64,000 bases of DNA from an uncultured virus (IMG/VR IMGVR_UViG_3300021960_000053). Its lineage: Duplodnaviria > Heunggongvirae > Uroviricota > Caudoviricetes. The stretch spans positions 1-64,000 of IMG/VR virus record IMGVR_UViG_3300021960_000053, one strand, 5' to 3'. The notes beneath the pieces were generated by a model, which did not search any database, was not told the origin of the DNA, and worked only from the letters and a program-made list of their open reading frames with translations. Below are positions 1 to 8,951 of the stretch, in pieces. Each line of letters begins with the position of its first letter. Position 1 is the first letter of the stretch. The position numbers were made by a program, and so were the translations under genes.

Positions 1-869
1 AGAGCGAGACCAATGATACCAATAGAACTAACCCAAAGACCCATGACGGGTACAAAAAGCATAAAGAAGTGAAGCCAACGCTTATTACTAAAGGCAATGC
101 CGAATATCTGTGACCAGAAACGGTTAGCAGTAACCATCGAATAGGTTTCTTCTTCTTGAGTTGTATCAAATGCTTTAAAAGTGTTTGCCTGATCACTGTC
201 CTCATACAAAGTATTCTCTACTGTAACACCATGAATGGCAGAAAGCAATGCTCCACCAAGGATACCTGCTACGCCCATCATATGAAAAGGATTCAGGGTC
301 CAGTTGTGGAATCCTTGGAGGAAGAGCAGGAACCTGAAGATTGCTGCGACCCCGAAGGAGGGGGCAAAGAACCAGCTGCTTTGACCGAGGGGATAGATAA
401 GGAAAACGCTAACGAAGACAGCAATAGGACCAGAGAAAGCAATAGCATTGTAAGGACGAATTCCAACGAGACGGGCAATTTCAAACTGCCGAAGCATAAA
501 ACCTATGAGAGCAAAGGCTCCGTGGAGCGCCACAAAAGGCCAGAGTCCCCCAAGTTGGCACCAGCGGACGAAATCTCCCTGAGACTCAGGACCCCAAAGT
601 AGAAGAAGAGAATGACCCATAGCGTCAGCAGGGCTTGACACAGCTGCTGTAAGGAAATTGCAGCCCTCAAGGTAAGAAGACGCAATCCCGTGGGTATACC
701 AGCTTGTAACAAACGCCGTGCCAGTAAGCCAGCCACCAATTGCAAGATAAGCAGTGGGAAAAAGTAGTAATCCAGACCAACCCACAAAGACAAAGCGATC
801 CCTTTTAAGCCAGTCATCGAGGACATCGAACCACCCCCTCTGCGGAATTGTTAGTGTACTTGTTGTCAT
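1..869 (-). CDS. psbD: Photosystem II D2 protein (3' end beyond window)
   Basis: Manual translation from ATG at 869: [33 protein letters not shown], the D2 N-terminus; absent from ORF track because it runs off the window. Confidence 0.97.
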   Translation of the reverse strand, partial: MTTSTLTIPQRGWFDVLDDWLKRDRFVFVGWSGLLLFPTAYLAIGGWLTGTAFVTSWYTHGIASSYLEGCNFLTAAVSSPADAMGHSLLLLWGPESQGDFVRWCQLGGLWPFVALHGAFALIGFMLRQFEIARLVGIRPYNAIAFSGPIAVFVSVFLIYPLGQSSWFFAPSFGVAAIFRFLLFLQGFHNWTLNPFHMMGVAGILGGALLSAIHGVTVENTLYEDSDQANTFKAFDTTQEEETYSMVTANRFWSQIFGIAFSNKRWLHFFMLFVPVMGLWVSSIGIIGLA

Positions 870-963
870 TAGTTTTAACCTTTGAATCTTTTAACCAGTA
901 TAACTGAGGGTAAGTATCCATAATTATTTCCCTCAATTTGTATGGAGTATCTGTACTAATCAT
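814..963 (-). CDS. Small [26 protein letters not shown]..., overlapping the psbD start in another frame
   Basis: ATG just downstream of the psbA terminator; C-terminal part of track ORF 814..1161. Confidence 0.4.
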   Translation of the reverse strand: MISTDTPYKLREIIMDTYPQLYWLKDSKVKTNDNKYTNNSAEGVVRCPR

Positions 964-967
964 TGGA

Positions 968-994
968 GAAAAAAAGGGGACCGATCGGCCCCCT
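968..994 (-). terminator. Rho-independent terminator after psbA
   Basis: AGGGGGCC-GATC-GGTCCCCT followed by a T run on the minus strand. Confidence 0.8.
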
Positions 995-1036
995 AGTTGT
1001 TTTCTTAATAAACGGTGTTTATTATGAATCCGAGTA

Positions 1037-2119
1037 TCAACCGATAGCAGGTGCTTGGAGTGCCACAGGAGTGGACTCAGCAGCAGCAAGGTCAAGAGGG
1101 AAGTTGTGAGCATTACGCTCGTGCATGACTTCCATACCCAGACCAGCACGATTGAGAACATCTGCCCAAGTGTTGATCACTTTACCCTGACTATCAACGA
1201 TAGACTGGTTGAAGTTGAAACCGTTCAGGTTAAAAGCCATAGTGCTGACACCAAGAGCAGTAAACCAGATACCGACCACTGGCCAAGCAGCAAGGAAGAA
1301 GTGAAGAGAACGAGAATTATTAAAGGAAGCATACTGGAAGATCAGACGACCAAAGTATCCATGAGCAGCAACAATGTTATAGGTCTCTTCTTCTTGACCG
1401 AACTTGTAACCATAGTTCTGAGACTCATTCTCGGTGGTTTCACGAACCAGCGAGGAAGTAACCAGAGAACCGTGCATTGCACTGAACAGAGAACCACCGA
1501 AGACACCAGCAACTCCAAGCATGTGGAAGGGGTGCATCAGAATGTTGTGCTCTGCTTGGAAGACAAGCATGTAGTTGAAAGTACCACTGATACCCAGGGG
1601 CATCGCATCAGAGAAAGAACCTTGACCGAAAGGATAGACCAGGAATACAGCAGAAGCAGCAGCAACAGGAGCACTGTAAGCAACGCAGATCCAAGGACGC
1701 ATACCCAGACGATAGGACAGTTCCCACTCACGACCCATGTAGGCATAGATGCCGATCAGGAAGTGGAAGACAACCAGTTGGAAAGGACCACCATTGTAAA
1801 GCCATTCATCAAGGGATGCGGCTTCCCAAATGGGATAGAAGTGAAGTCCAATTGCGTTAGAAGAGGGGATAACAGCACCAGAGATGATGTTGTTACCATA
1901 CATCAGCGAACCAGCAACGGGTTCACGGATTCCATCGATATCGACGGGAGGTGCCGCGATGAATGCGACGATGAAACAAATGGTAGCGGCAAGGAGGCAA
2001 GGAATCATGAGGACTCCGAACCAACCAACATACAGACGATTGTCAGTGCTGGTGACCCATTCGCAGAATTGTTCCCAAGCAGTATTCGATTGTTGTTTTT
2101 GTGAAAGTGTAGCAGTCAT
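1037..2119 (-). CDS. psbA: Photosystem II D1 protein, no intron
   Basis: 360 aa, unmistakable D1 sequence ([14 protein letters not shown] ... [13 protein letters not shown]). Confidence 0.99.
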   Translation of the reverse strand: MTATLSQKQQSNTAWEQFCEWVTSTDNRLYVGWFGVLMIPCLLAATICFIVAFIAAPPVDIDGIREPVAGSLMYGNNIISGAVIPSSNAIGLHFYPIWEAASLDEWLYNGGPFQLVVFHFLIGIYAYMGREWELSYRLGMRPWICVAYSAPVAAASAVFLVYPFGQGSFSDAMPLGISGTFNYMLVFQAEHNILMHPFHMLGVAGVFGGSLFSAMHGSLVTSSLVRETTENESQNYGYKFGQEEETYNIVAAHGYFGRLIFQYASFNNSRSLHFFLAAWPVVGIWFTALGVSTMAFNLNGFNFNQSIVDSQGKVINTWADVLNRAGLGMEVMHERNAHNFPLDLAAAESTPVALQAPAIG

Positions 2120-2127
2120 TGTTAGTA

Positions 2128-2245
2128 GACAGATAGTAAGACCATCAGGGAAATGGTGGAGATACTATGCTCCCCGCACCCTTAGCGGGGATATGAGAGA
2201 CGGATTTGTGACCCAGCCTAGTCTCGGTCAAGCGGCAGGGAAGTA
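2128..2245 (-). ncRNA. PhotoRC-II-like structured 5' leader of psbA
   Basis: Hairpins CCCCGC-TAAGGGT-GCGGGG and ACCAT-TTCCCTG-ATGGT with complementary loops (AGGG/CCCT), plus GAGAC/GTCTC pairing; resembles the known cyanophage PhotoRC-II motif (recognised from memory). Confidence 0.7.
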
Positions 2246-2284
2246 ATGTTGCGAATCCTTAAAGGTCCGTTACATTTGTTTACT

Positions 2285-2319
2285 TATTTATTGTAGCATC
2301 CAGGTTAGAGACCTGTCAA
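2285..2319 (-). promoter_or_regulatory. psbA promoter: sigma70-type TTGACA-N18-TACAAT overlapping late-type AATAAATA
   Basis: Both motifs read directly on the minus strand. Confidence 0.7.
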
Positions 2320-3417
2320 GGGATGTACATTGTCAATCCAGTTACGGAAATAGGTGGTGTACCAATGACCATAAGTAGGTGTATCGTCATTGATCAGTTC
2401 AAGTCTTGACTTAGACTTTGCATCAGTGATGAAATCGAAGAACCGCTGATCATAAGAATGAGAGCGACTCATCTCCTCCGCTGCTGACCAGAACATTGTA
2501 GCATACTTAGACCCGTTAGCGTAATGCCAGAGGATGAAATTCTGTACCTCTTCGACATCTGTCACAAGCTCTTGGAGGATCGACCTCTTTGATCTTCCAT
2601 CAAAGATCCATTGGCAAACTAAAGAAGTCCAACGATAGTATGTTTCAACCGAACTCGCTTCTAATGGTTCGATAAACAACAACCTATTACCATTCAAGAT
2701 AACCTTATCATTTTGAATTGGTTTCCTGGCAAGATAGTTATTGAAATGCAAAGTATCGGTCGGAGTAACACCAAACATTTTTTGTATGTTTACTTTTGCT
2801 TCTTCATTGGAAGTGTATTTGTTGTTGTACAAATATCCATACGAAGTAAATCCTTTGTTGGGTATGCCGAAGCACCACCCGTCTGGAGTAGCAATACAAC
2901 GAGTCCAGTGCTGATCAGGATCTCTGTAACTGTCCCGACCTAAGACAACACTGTTCAAAGGATTCTTAAGGATGTTGTAATAAGAAAAATCTTTAGGAGT
3001 TCCTCTACAGTCAAAGACATAATCGCAATCCAATTCATTGCAATCATCAACATGTCTTTCTATAAATTTACATACCTTCTTTGCAATCATACACTCTCTC
3101 AGTTTGTCTGGAGAGTAGTGTATTGCCATGTAATCCATGGGAAATGGGTTGAAGAACTTATCTTTCTTCTTTCCCCATCCCTCATACAAAATTCCTGATT
3201 TAAATGTGGCGTCGATCTCATTGTTATACCAATCGACACCAAGAATCTCATGAATAAGACCGACAAAGTTTACTAAAGATCCCTGTCCTACTTTCTCAAT
3301 AGGAATCTTAGGATCGTAATAAACTTCAATCTCTACATCTTGACCGTAAGTTTCTCTAATCAAAAATAGGGCAACGACTAAACCGCCGTTGCCCCCACCA
3401 ACAACACCAATTTTCAT
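2305..3417 (-). CDS. Flavin-dependent (tryptophan-halogenase-like) halogenase
   Basis: GGGNGG FAD motif, ATFKSGI (catalytic Lys region), GWCFGIP (WxWxIP variant), FIEPLEAS. Confidence 0.8.
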   Translation of the reverse strand: MKIGVVGGGNGGLVVALFLIRETYGQDVEIEVYYDPKIPIEKVGQGSLVNFVGLIHEILGVDWYNNEIDATFKSGILYEGWGKKKDKFFNPFPMDYMAIHYSPDKLRECMIAKKVCKFIERHVDDCNELDCDYVFDCRGTPKDFSYYNILKNPLNSVVLGRDSYRDPDQHWTRCIATPDGWCFGIPNKGFTSYGYLYNNKYTSNEEAKVNIQKMFGVTPTDTLHFNNYLARKPIQNDKVILNGNRLLFIEPLEASSVETYYRWTSLVCQWIFDGRSKRSILQELVTDVEEVQNFILWHYANGSKYATMFWSAAEEMSRSHSYDQRFFDFITDAKSKSRLELINDDTPTYGHWYTTYFRNWIDNVHPLTGL

Positions 3418-3578
3418 TGAGAATACTCTTTTAACACATCAAGAACTTTGTTCAAAGCATCATGAGCTCCATCATGCCAGTCACCATTCTTAGCGTAATG
3501 CTGTCCATTATAGAGTTCATTCTTTAATCTGTAAACTCTATACAAGAGATCATTCTTTGTCACGATACTTCTAGGCAT
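3414..3578 (-). CDS. Hypothetical protein, 54 aa (MPRSIVTKNDLLYRVYRLKNEL...)
   Basis: Manual ORF filling the gap; stop overlaps the next ATG (ATGA). Confidence 0.7.
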   Translation of the reverse strand: MPRSIVTKNDLLYRVYRLKNELYNGQHYAKNGDWHDGAHDALNKVLDVLKEYSQ

Positions 3579-3580
3579 AA

Positions 3581-3811
3581 TTAAGGAAGGGGGAGAGCAG
3601 GACCAGTTACTTTAGGCATCTCTGGCATAGCACCACTGATCATGCCAGGGAGTGCTTCTGTTACTGATGCTGTGACTTGCTCGATTGCTTGCTTCTTTGC
3701 TGCTTCAATCATAGCATCCTTATTGAGGAGCACATATGCGCTACCACCAATGAGGGCAGCAGAAGTAAGACCAGAAAGCAGTGCAATAACATTGATTAGT
3801 TTTTGCATCAT
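3581..3811 (-). CDS. Hypothetical membrane protein
   Basis: N-terminal hydrophobic helix, Pro-rich tail; probable start MMQKLIN. Confidence 0.75.
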   Translation of the reverse strand: MMQKLINVIALLSGLTSAALIGGSAYVLLNKDAMIEAAKKQAIEQVTASVTEALPGMISGAMPEMPKVTGPALPLP

Positions 3812-3850
3812 GCTATTAGAAAGGGACACCTTATATAGGTGTCCCAAATA

Positions 3851-4399
3851 TTACTCTTCGTCTTCTTCTTCGAGACCCAAATGTTCTTTGATCCTCTTAT
3901 AAACATTCAGAGGAGTTGATTCTTCATAAGGATCTCCCACATAATTGTGTGATAGACCTTCTTCATCGAACATCAGTTCAATCTCACCGTCAACAACATA
4001 AGCAGCATAACGCCAAGAACGATTACCGAATCCGATGTTAGTTTTCTTAACGAGCATGCCAATGCCATCGGCAAGTTCAGCATTCCCGTCAGGAATCATT
4101 TCAACTTTAGTAATCTCAAGAGACTTTGCCCATGCTTCCATCACATAGTCGTCGTTAACACTGGTGCAATAGATTGCATCAATACCAAGATCCTTGACGA
4201 ACTTATCGTAGAGATCTTCATATGCGGGAAGCATTTCGTTGGTGCAGGTAGGAGTAAATGCACCAGGAAGTCCGAACAGAATTACTTTCTTTCCAGCAAA
4301 GTAATCTGCAGTATCAACGATTTGATACTTCTCCATCTCACCATTCTCATCAGGAACAGGAGATCCTTGAAGGTGGAATCTTGCGTGGGGAATTCTCAT
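3851..4399 (-). CDS. Peroxiredoxin (Prx5/redoxin family)
   Basis: FGLPGAFTPTC peroxidatic motif, SVNDDYVMEAW, RSWRYA. Confidence 0.92.
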   Translation of the reverse strand: MRIPHARFHLQGSPVPDENGEMEKYQIVDTADYFAGKKVILFGLPGAFTPTCTNEMLPAYEDLYDKFVKDLGIDAIYCTSVNDDYVMEAWAKSLEITKVEMIPDGNAELADGIGMLVKKTNIGFGNRSWRYAAYVVDGEIELMFDEEGLSHNYVGDPYEESTPLNVYKRIKEHLGLEEEDEE

Positions 4400-4400
4400 A

Positions 4401-4520
4401 TCACCAAATGCCAGGAATCAGTTGACCAGTTGTAATGTAAGCACCGACACCAGCAACGAAACCAATCATTGCCAGGCGAGCATTGAGGATCTCTGCCTCA
4501 GGAGTAAAGAGTTTTTTCAT
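4401..4520 (-). CDS. hli: High-light-inducible protein, 39 aa
   Basis: Manual ORF MKKLFTPEAEILNARLAMIGFVAGVGAYITTGQLIPGIW with AExxNxRLAMIG motif. Confidence 0.95.
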   Translation of the reverse strand: MKKLFTPEAEILNARLAMIGFVAGVGAYITTGQLIPGIW

Positions 4521-4650
4521 AGTGCTTGTGGAGTTTAGGAACAAGATATGGACGGGAGAAAACTTGTTTAAGGGACATAGTTTTCAATTCTTCTTTTTGT
4601 TCTGGGGATAGAGAACCCCAACGAAGACGAGCCAGAATATTCTTAAGCAT
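4498..4650 (-). CDS. Hypothetical protein, 50 aa ([22 protein letters not shown]...)
   Basis: Manual ORF tiling between neighbours. Confidence 0.55.
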   Translation of the reverse strand: MLKNILARLRWGSLSPEQKEELKTMSLKQVFSRPYLVPKLHKHYEKTLYS

Positions 4651-4888
4651 TATATGGATGTTTTTGTTTCAGATTAGGATCAGGAATACTGTCTACTTTT
4701 TCTCTGGCAGGTTTGATGACAATGAACTTATCATTCTTGAGAGTGCCAGCAATCTGAACCTGAAGTTGATCTTCAGAAGACCATGCACCAGAATCAACTA
4801 ATTTTTCTAAAGCGATTGCTAGTTGTCCAAGCATGTCAGCGGTAACGCTATTGACTGGGACAGAAGCAGATGGAGCGAATGACTTCAC
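4643..4888 (-). CDS. Hypothetical protein
   Basis: 81-aa ORF coupled to the petF stop. Confidence 0.7.
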   Translation of the reverse strand: MKSFAPSASVPVNSVTADMLGQLAIALEKLVDSGAWSSEDQLQVQIAGTLKNDKFIVIKPAREKVDSIPDPNLKQKHPYNA

Positions 4889-5178
4889 AGGTTTTCTTCC
4901 TGCTCAGTAAGAATCACACAGTCGCTGGTGGGATATGCCACACAGGTAAGCACCCAACCTTCAGCGATTTGATCATCGTCAAGGAAGGATTGCTCTTCGT
5001 TATCTACGGTGCCAGAGATGAGTTTCCCTGCACAAGCACTACAAGCGCCTGCTTTGCACGACGAAGGGAGGTCAACGCCTGCCTCTTCTGCTGCTTCAAG
5101 AATGTACTGATCTTCAGGACATTCGATTTTAGTCTCAGTTCCATCAGGAGATTGGAGAGTAACGCTGTAAATGGTCAT
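4885..5178 (-). CDS. petF: Plant-type [2Fe-2S] ferredoxin
   Basis: [10 protein letters not shown] ... LTCVAYP cluster motif; probable start MTIYSVTL. Confidence 0.96.
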   Translation of the reverse strand: MTIYSVTLQSPDGTETKIECPEDQYILEAAEEAGVDLPSSCKAGACSACAGKLISGTVDNEEQSFLDDDQIAEGWVLTCVAYPTSDCVILTEQEENL

Positions 5179-5264
5179 CAGTAAGTGTCGCAAACTTTTT
5201 CAACGGATGCTGCCAGGAGAACGAACCAGGCAACAGATACCATTGTAAAGAAAACTGAAGTCAT
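5178..5264 (-). CDS. 28-aa hydrophobic peptide [28 protein letters not shown]
   Basis: Manual ORF between hli and petF; stop overlaps the petF ATG. Confidence 0.55.
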   Translation of the reverse strand: MTSVFFTMVSVAWFVLLAASVEKVCDTY

Positions 5265-5278
5265 TGTCAAATCCATTG

Positions 5279-5482
5279 TCAGAAAATGCCAAAAAAGAGT
5301 TTACCAGTAGCGAGGTAAGATACAGCACCAAAGATGATGCCCATCATTGCCCAACGACCATTATACATCTCCGTGGTCTGCATAGGGGTCAGCAGTCCCT
5401 TACGGTTGTACTCTTGATAAACCATCTCGGGCTCCTTTGCCCACATATTCATCTGTCCGTTTTCATTAGTAGTTACGGTCAT
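5279..5482 (-). CDS. hli: High-light-inducible protein (long form)
   Basis: N-terminal MNMWAKEP and EMYNGRWAMMG motif, C-terminal TGKLFFGIF. Confidence 0.93.
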   Translation of the reverse strand: MTVTTNENGQMNMWAKEPEMVYQEYNRKGLLTPMQTTEMYNGRWAMMGIIFGAVSYLATGKLFFGIF

Positions 5483-5506
5483 GATCTGTTTGTAAAGATT
5501 TACAAC

Positions 5507-5545
5507 ATTATATAGCAAAAAGAAAGGGGTGTCAAGCACCCCTTG
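5507..5545 (-). promoter_or_regulatory. Perfect sigma70 promoter TTGACA-N17-TATAAT embedded in a terminator hairpin
   Basis: AAGGGGTG-cttga-CACCCCTT plus T run; -35 at 5530-5535, -10 at 5507-5512. Confidence 0.85.
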
Positions 5546-5577
5546 TTATTGTATCCTGACAGACTAAGTATTAATAC

Positions 5578-5718
5578 TTAGCGTTTATAGTTTGGATTTT
5601 TTCTAAGAAAATTTCTGACATAAGAGTCAGAATCTATATCCATTTTGTAGTGGGCATGAAGGTGTACTCCTTCTATCACTACAAATGTTGTTAATAGAAA
5701 GAGTACAGCCCACTTCAT
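5578..5718 (-). CDS. Hypothetical protein, 46 aa (MKWAVLFLLTTFVVIEGVHLHAH...)
   Basis: Manual ORF with hydrophobic N-terminus. Confidence 0.6.
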   Translation of the reverse strand: MKWAVLFLLTTFVVIEGVHLHAHYKMDIDSDSYVRNFLRKNPNYKR

Positions 5719-5721
5719 TTA

Positions 5722-6093
5722 TCAGAAGGTGAACTTCAGACCAGCCTTAGTGCCGTAGGAACGATCAACACCAGCAACGCCGCTGCCCAGGAAGGAAACT
5801 TCGCCGTAAGCAGACAGTTGCTCGGTCAGACCAGCGGAAAGACCAGCCTTACCAGAGGGAACGGTGTCAGAAGCACCGCCGTCAGGAGCAACGATGGTAG
5901 CACCAGCTTGGACATACCAACCAGCGGATTCGCCCAGAGCGCCTTCGTAGCCAACATGGGTGTCAATGTTGGTGCCAGAGTAGTTGGAACCAGTGAAACC
6001 AGAGTTGGCTTCGACATTCACATAAGGACCTGCCATAGCAGCGCCAGCGAAAAGGGGAGCAGCAGCCAGAGCTGCGATAGTGGACTTAAGCAT
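5722..6093 (-). CDS. Small outer-membrane beta-barrel/porin-like protein
   Basis: Signal peptide ending AMA, alternating beta pattern, C-terminal KAGLKFTF (terminal Phe). Confidence 0.7.
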   Translation of the reverse strand: MLKSTIAALAAAPLFAGAAMAGPYVNVEANSGFTGSNYSGTNIDTHVGYEGALGESAGWYVQAGATIVAPDGGASDTVPSGKAGLSAGLTEQLSAYGEVSFLGSGVAGVDRSYGTKAGLKFTF

Positions 6094-6248
6094 TTGAAAA
6101 AACCTCGTTAAAATTTACTTGCGGAGTGATTACCCGCAGATGATGGATCGGATTCGACTTCCCGATCGCATTTAAAGATTATAGCACAGAATGGAGCGCG
6201 AGTAGTTGAGGCGGTCATTCCATGAACTGTCACATGTGACAGTTGTAA

Positions 6249-6256
6249 TATTTATA
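6249..6256 (-). promoter_or_regulatory. T4-type late promoter TATAAATA
   Basis: Exact consensus. Confidence 0.7.
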
Positions 6257-6260
6257 CATA

Positions 6261-7052
6261 TTACTTCCCTTCAAAACCAGGGGGTAACCGACCAAGGTAA
6301 GGATTGAGATCGAAGAACTGATTCCAATCTTCAACCATGTTAGCATCGTTCCTCCAGAAATTCCAAAGGGCATCATGACAATTACGATGGAACACATCGA
6401 TATGCATGTCATGAATGTCTGACCCAAGAGCAATCTTATACATTAAGATTGGCATGGCATAGGTCAGACCACTGTTGTAGAGAAGATCATCAGCAACAGC
6501 GCGTGGTTTAATTCTACCATCTAGTTTGTACTTCCCATTCTTAGTATAAAGATCGAGAAGTTTATGACCATACCTGCGATTAATGACATAGGCAGCTGTT
6601 GAAAAGTCATTTACGAAGCGATAATGCATCTGCATGACAGGCATCGCAGGGTTGATGATTGCAATCTGGAGACAATCCCATGCAGCAGGTGCATGGCGAA
6701 AGAAATCTTTCCAAGAAAATGGCCAATGCTTGACCACTTCTAGATCGCAATCATCTTCCATCATTATAGCATAATCATCAGTGGAAGTTTCCAACCAATG
6801 TTGAATTGCTTTGAGGTGAGAAGTTACACAACCAATCTCACCCGATGACATATTGTCTGGATATTTACCAGCAATAATATCACTCAGGTCATCATGACGA
6901 CCGTCATAGGCAGAGATCCTAGTATGTTTTTCAATTTGCCAATATGCAAATTGATCTTCCATAAACTTACGACGATCTGTTTTATCGTCTAAGTTCAACC
7001 AATAGATATGAGGAATGTCTTTGAGTTTTGGTGCAGATTTATTTTTGTCCAT
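6261..7052 (-). CDS. Glycosyltransferase family 25
   Basis: YWLNLD...RR, GEIGCVTSH, MMEDD motifs. Confidence 0.88.
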   Translation of the reverse strand: MDKNKSAPKLKDIPHIYWLNLDDKTDRRKFMEDQFAYWQIEKHTRISAYDGRHDDLSDIIAGKYPDNMSSGEIGCVTSHLKAIQHWLETSTDDYAIMMEDDCDLEVVKHWPFSWKDFFRHAPAAWDCLQIAIINPAMPVMQMHYRFVNDFSTAAYVINRRYGHKLLDLYTKNGKYKLDGRIKPRAVADDLLYNSGLTYAMPILMYKIALGSDIHDMHIDVFHRNCHDALWNFWRNDANMVEDWNQFFDLNPYLGRLPPGFEGK

Positions 7053-7992
7053 GCTTAGCAATCACTTCGTTCACATTAGGTAGGTAATGGTTTTGCAGGA
7101 CATTAGTCCAATCAAACTCTTTAGCATACTCTAGGATCTCTTCCCGATGGGAGACTGAATACTCCCTGTTCTTGATTATAGCATACTCAACATATTCCAC
7201 ATCATCAATCTTTGATTCTGGAATAACTGTAATAAACTCACGATCAAGATCCAGGTTTGCTGTAGCAAACTCACTGACCACAACACCGAGACCAGAAGCA
7301 AATGCTTCCATGATAACCAGAGAGTGTGCCTCACCATCAGACAGGAGCACAAGGTTACCATAGTCAGTCAGATAGTCATGGAGATATTCTTTCTTCCATT
7401 CACCGAGATAGTTTTTGTTAGCATTGAACCTCTTGTCAGCAATGTTACCAGCAAAGAACAGACTGTCGATGGACTGGAACTTATGCTGACGCTTACGGTA
7501 GTCAATCTTGGCAAGGTAGATACTACGGTCAGGGAACTCTGGTTCATCCGTGGTGCGGAAGAGATCTAGGTTTACACCATTAGGAACGATAGCAAGTTTC
7601 TCTTCTGGGATATCACCAAAGAATTGATACGCTTTCTTGATGCCTTCGGAGAGGCAGAAGACATTCGGTTTAGTCCGTTGGAAGTGACCGAAGATCTGCC
7701 CATACCCATTCATCTTGTCTGGGCGTTCGATGTAGGCAAAGTGGGTGGTACACGCACAAGGATATTGCACATAAGGATAGAGAACAACCCAGTCGTCATA
7801 ATGAATATGCACGAAATCAGGGCGAAACGCATTGATTCTCTTGATGATCTCTCTAGGATCTGAGACATTGATGATGTCAACTTCATGACCTAACTTCTCC
7901 AAGGTAAGTTTGTAGTCCCAGATAAGACTCTCTACTGCTCCCCAACCTACGGGAGGGATAGGAGTGGCGGGACCAACGATAGAGAATCTCAT
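7039..7992 (-). CDS. Glycosyltransferase (GT4-like, GT-B fold)
   Basis: IPPVGWGAVE N-terminus, VPNGV, EAHSLVIMEA (EX7E). Confidence 0.85.
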   Translation of the reverse strand: MRFSIVGPATPIPPVGWGAVESLIWDYKLTLEKLGHEVDIINVSDPREIIKRINAFRPDFVHIHYDDWVVLYPYVQYPCACTTHFAYIERPDKMNGYGQIFGHFQRTKPNVFCLSEGIKKAYQFFGDIPEEKLAIVPNGVNLDLFRTTDEPEFPDRSIYLAKIDYRKRQHKFQSIDSLFFAGNIADKRFNANKNYLGEWKKEYLHDYLTDYGNLVLLSDGEAHSLVIMEAFASGLGVVVSEFATANLDLDREFITVIPESKIDDVEYVEYAIIKNREYSVSHREEILEYAKEFDWTNVLQNHYLPNVNEVIAKHGQK

Positions 7993-8951
7993 AGTAACGA
8001 CTGCAACTTCGGAATGTATTCATAAGCAAGAATGTTTTCAAGACCGAATTCGTAAATGCCGTATTCTCTGATCTCTTTTCTATGCTGCTTAGATACTTTT
8101 TTATTGTTCTCGATTGTCTCAAGAACATATTCAAGGTTATTTATTTTGCTTTCTGGGATTACATCAATCCAAGGTTTAGAAGTGTCAAGTTCAGGAGCAA
8201 CTGCTTCCGAACAAACAACACCAAGTCCACAAATCAATCCCTCTTTAATAACAAGAGGAGTGGTATTCTCAACTTCACTCAAGAGAGCAATGTTTGAATA
8301 GCAAGTAATGTACTCATTGAGTTTTTCTCTAACGACTTCTCCCTTATAGTTCTTATTCCTCTTATCAAACTTACCACCAAACTCCATGCGACCCATAAAG
8401 TCAACGCTATCAATTTTCTCTAGGAGATACTGACGCTTACGGTCTACAATCTGAGAGAAGCAAAGAGTTCTATCCCAACTAGCAAACTCATCAAACTTAT
8501 AAGGTTCGGGGCGAACTCCTAGTTTACTCAACCAGACACGATTAGGATTAGCACCAAGACTAATCCAGGTATCAATATCTTTCTGAGATGAACAGAAAAT
8601 ATGATGCTTTCTATTAGCAGCAATTTTTTGAGCGATGGGTCCATAACCATCTCTACCCCACATATGTGGAGTATTAACATATGGATAATGACTAGAGACG
8701 ATCAGTGCTCCGCATAAAGGAGCCAGGTCATCAATGATGTCATGGAAAACATCATAATGAAGGTGAACAATGTCATACTTTCCGTGAGCAACTTCAAATT
8801 TGATTAGTTCCCTGTCGGGAGTGTTAATGATTTCAACACGATGACCCAAGTCTCTAAGGATCATGGTGTAATCCCAGATAAGCATCTCTACAGCACCCCA
8901 CCCATCAGGCGGAATCTGCATAATGCCAGGACCAATCAAAGCAATTTTCAT
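7989..8951 (-). CDS. Glycosyltransferase (GT4-like), paralog of neighbour
   Basis: IPPDGWGAVE N-terminus shared with 7039..7992. Confidence 0.82.
   Translation of the reverse strand: MKIALIGPGIMQIPPDGWGAVEMLIWDYTMILRDLGHRVEIINTPDRELIKFEVAHGKYDIVHLHYDVFHDIIDDLAPLCGALIVSSHYPYVNTPHMWGRDGYGPIAQKIAANRKHHIFCSSQKDIDTWISLGANPNRVWLSKLGVRPEPYKFDEFASWDRTLCFSQIVDRKRQYLLEKIDSVDFMGRMEFGGKFDKRNKNYKGEVVREKLNEYITCYSNIALLSEVENTTPLVIKEGLICGLGVVCSEAVAPELDTSKPWIDVIPESKINNLEYVLETIENNKKVSKQHRKEIREYGIYEFGLENILAYEYIPKLQSLL

Noticed and set aside
503..826. Track ORFs over psbD (156..602, 293..484, 503..826)
   Set aside because: Alternative frames of psbD, which starts at 869 and runs off the window.
1055..2104. 349-aa plus-strand ORF antisense to psbA
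   Set aside because: Codon-registered shadow of a strongly biased gene; no recognisable motifs. The same applies to the long antisense ORFs over nrdA, nrdB, gp43, gp45 and 30515..31225.
5491..5503. NtcA box at the hli promoter
   Set aside because: Spacing is GTA-N6-TAC, not GTA-N8-TAC.
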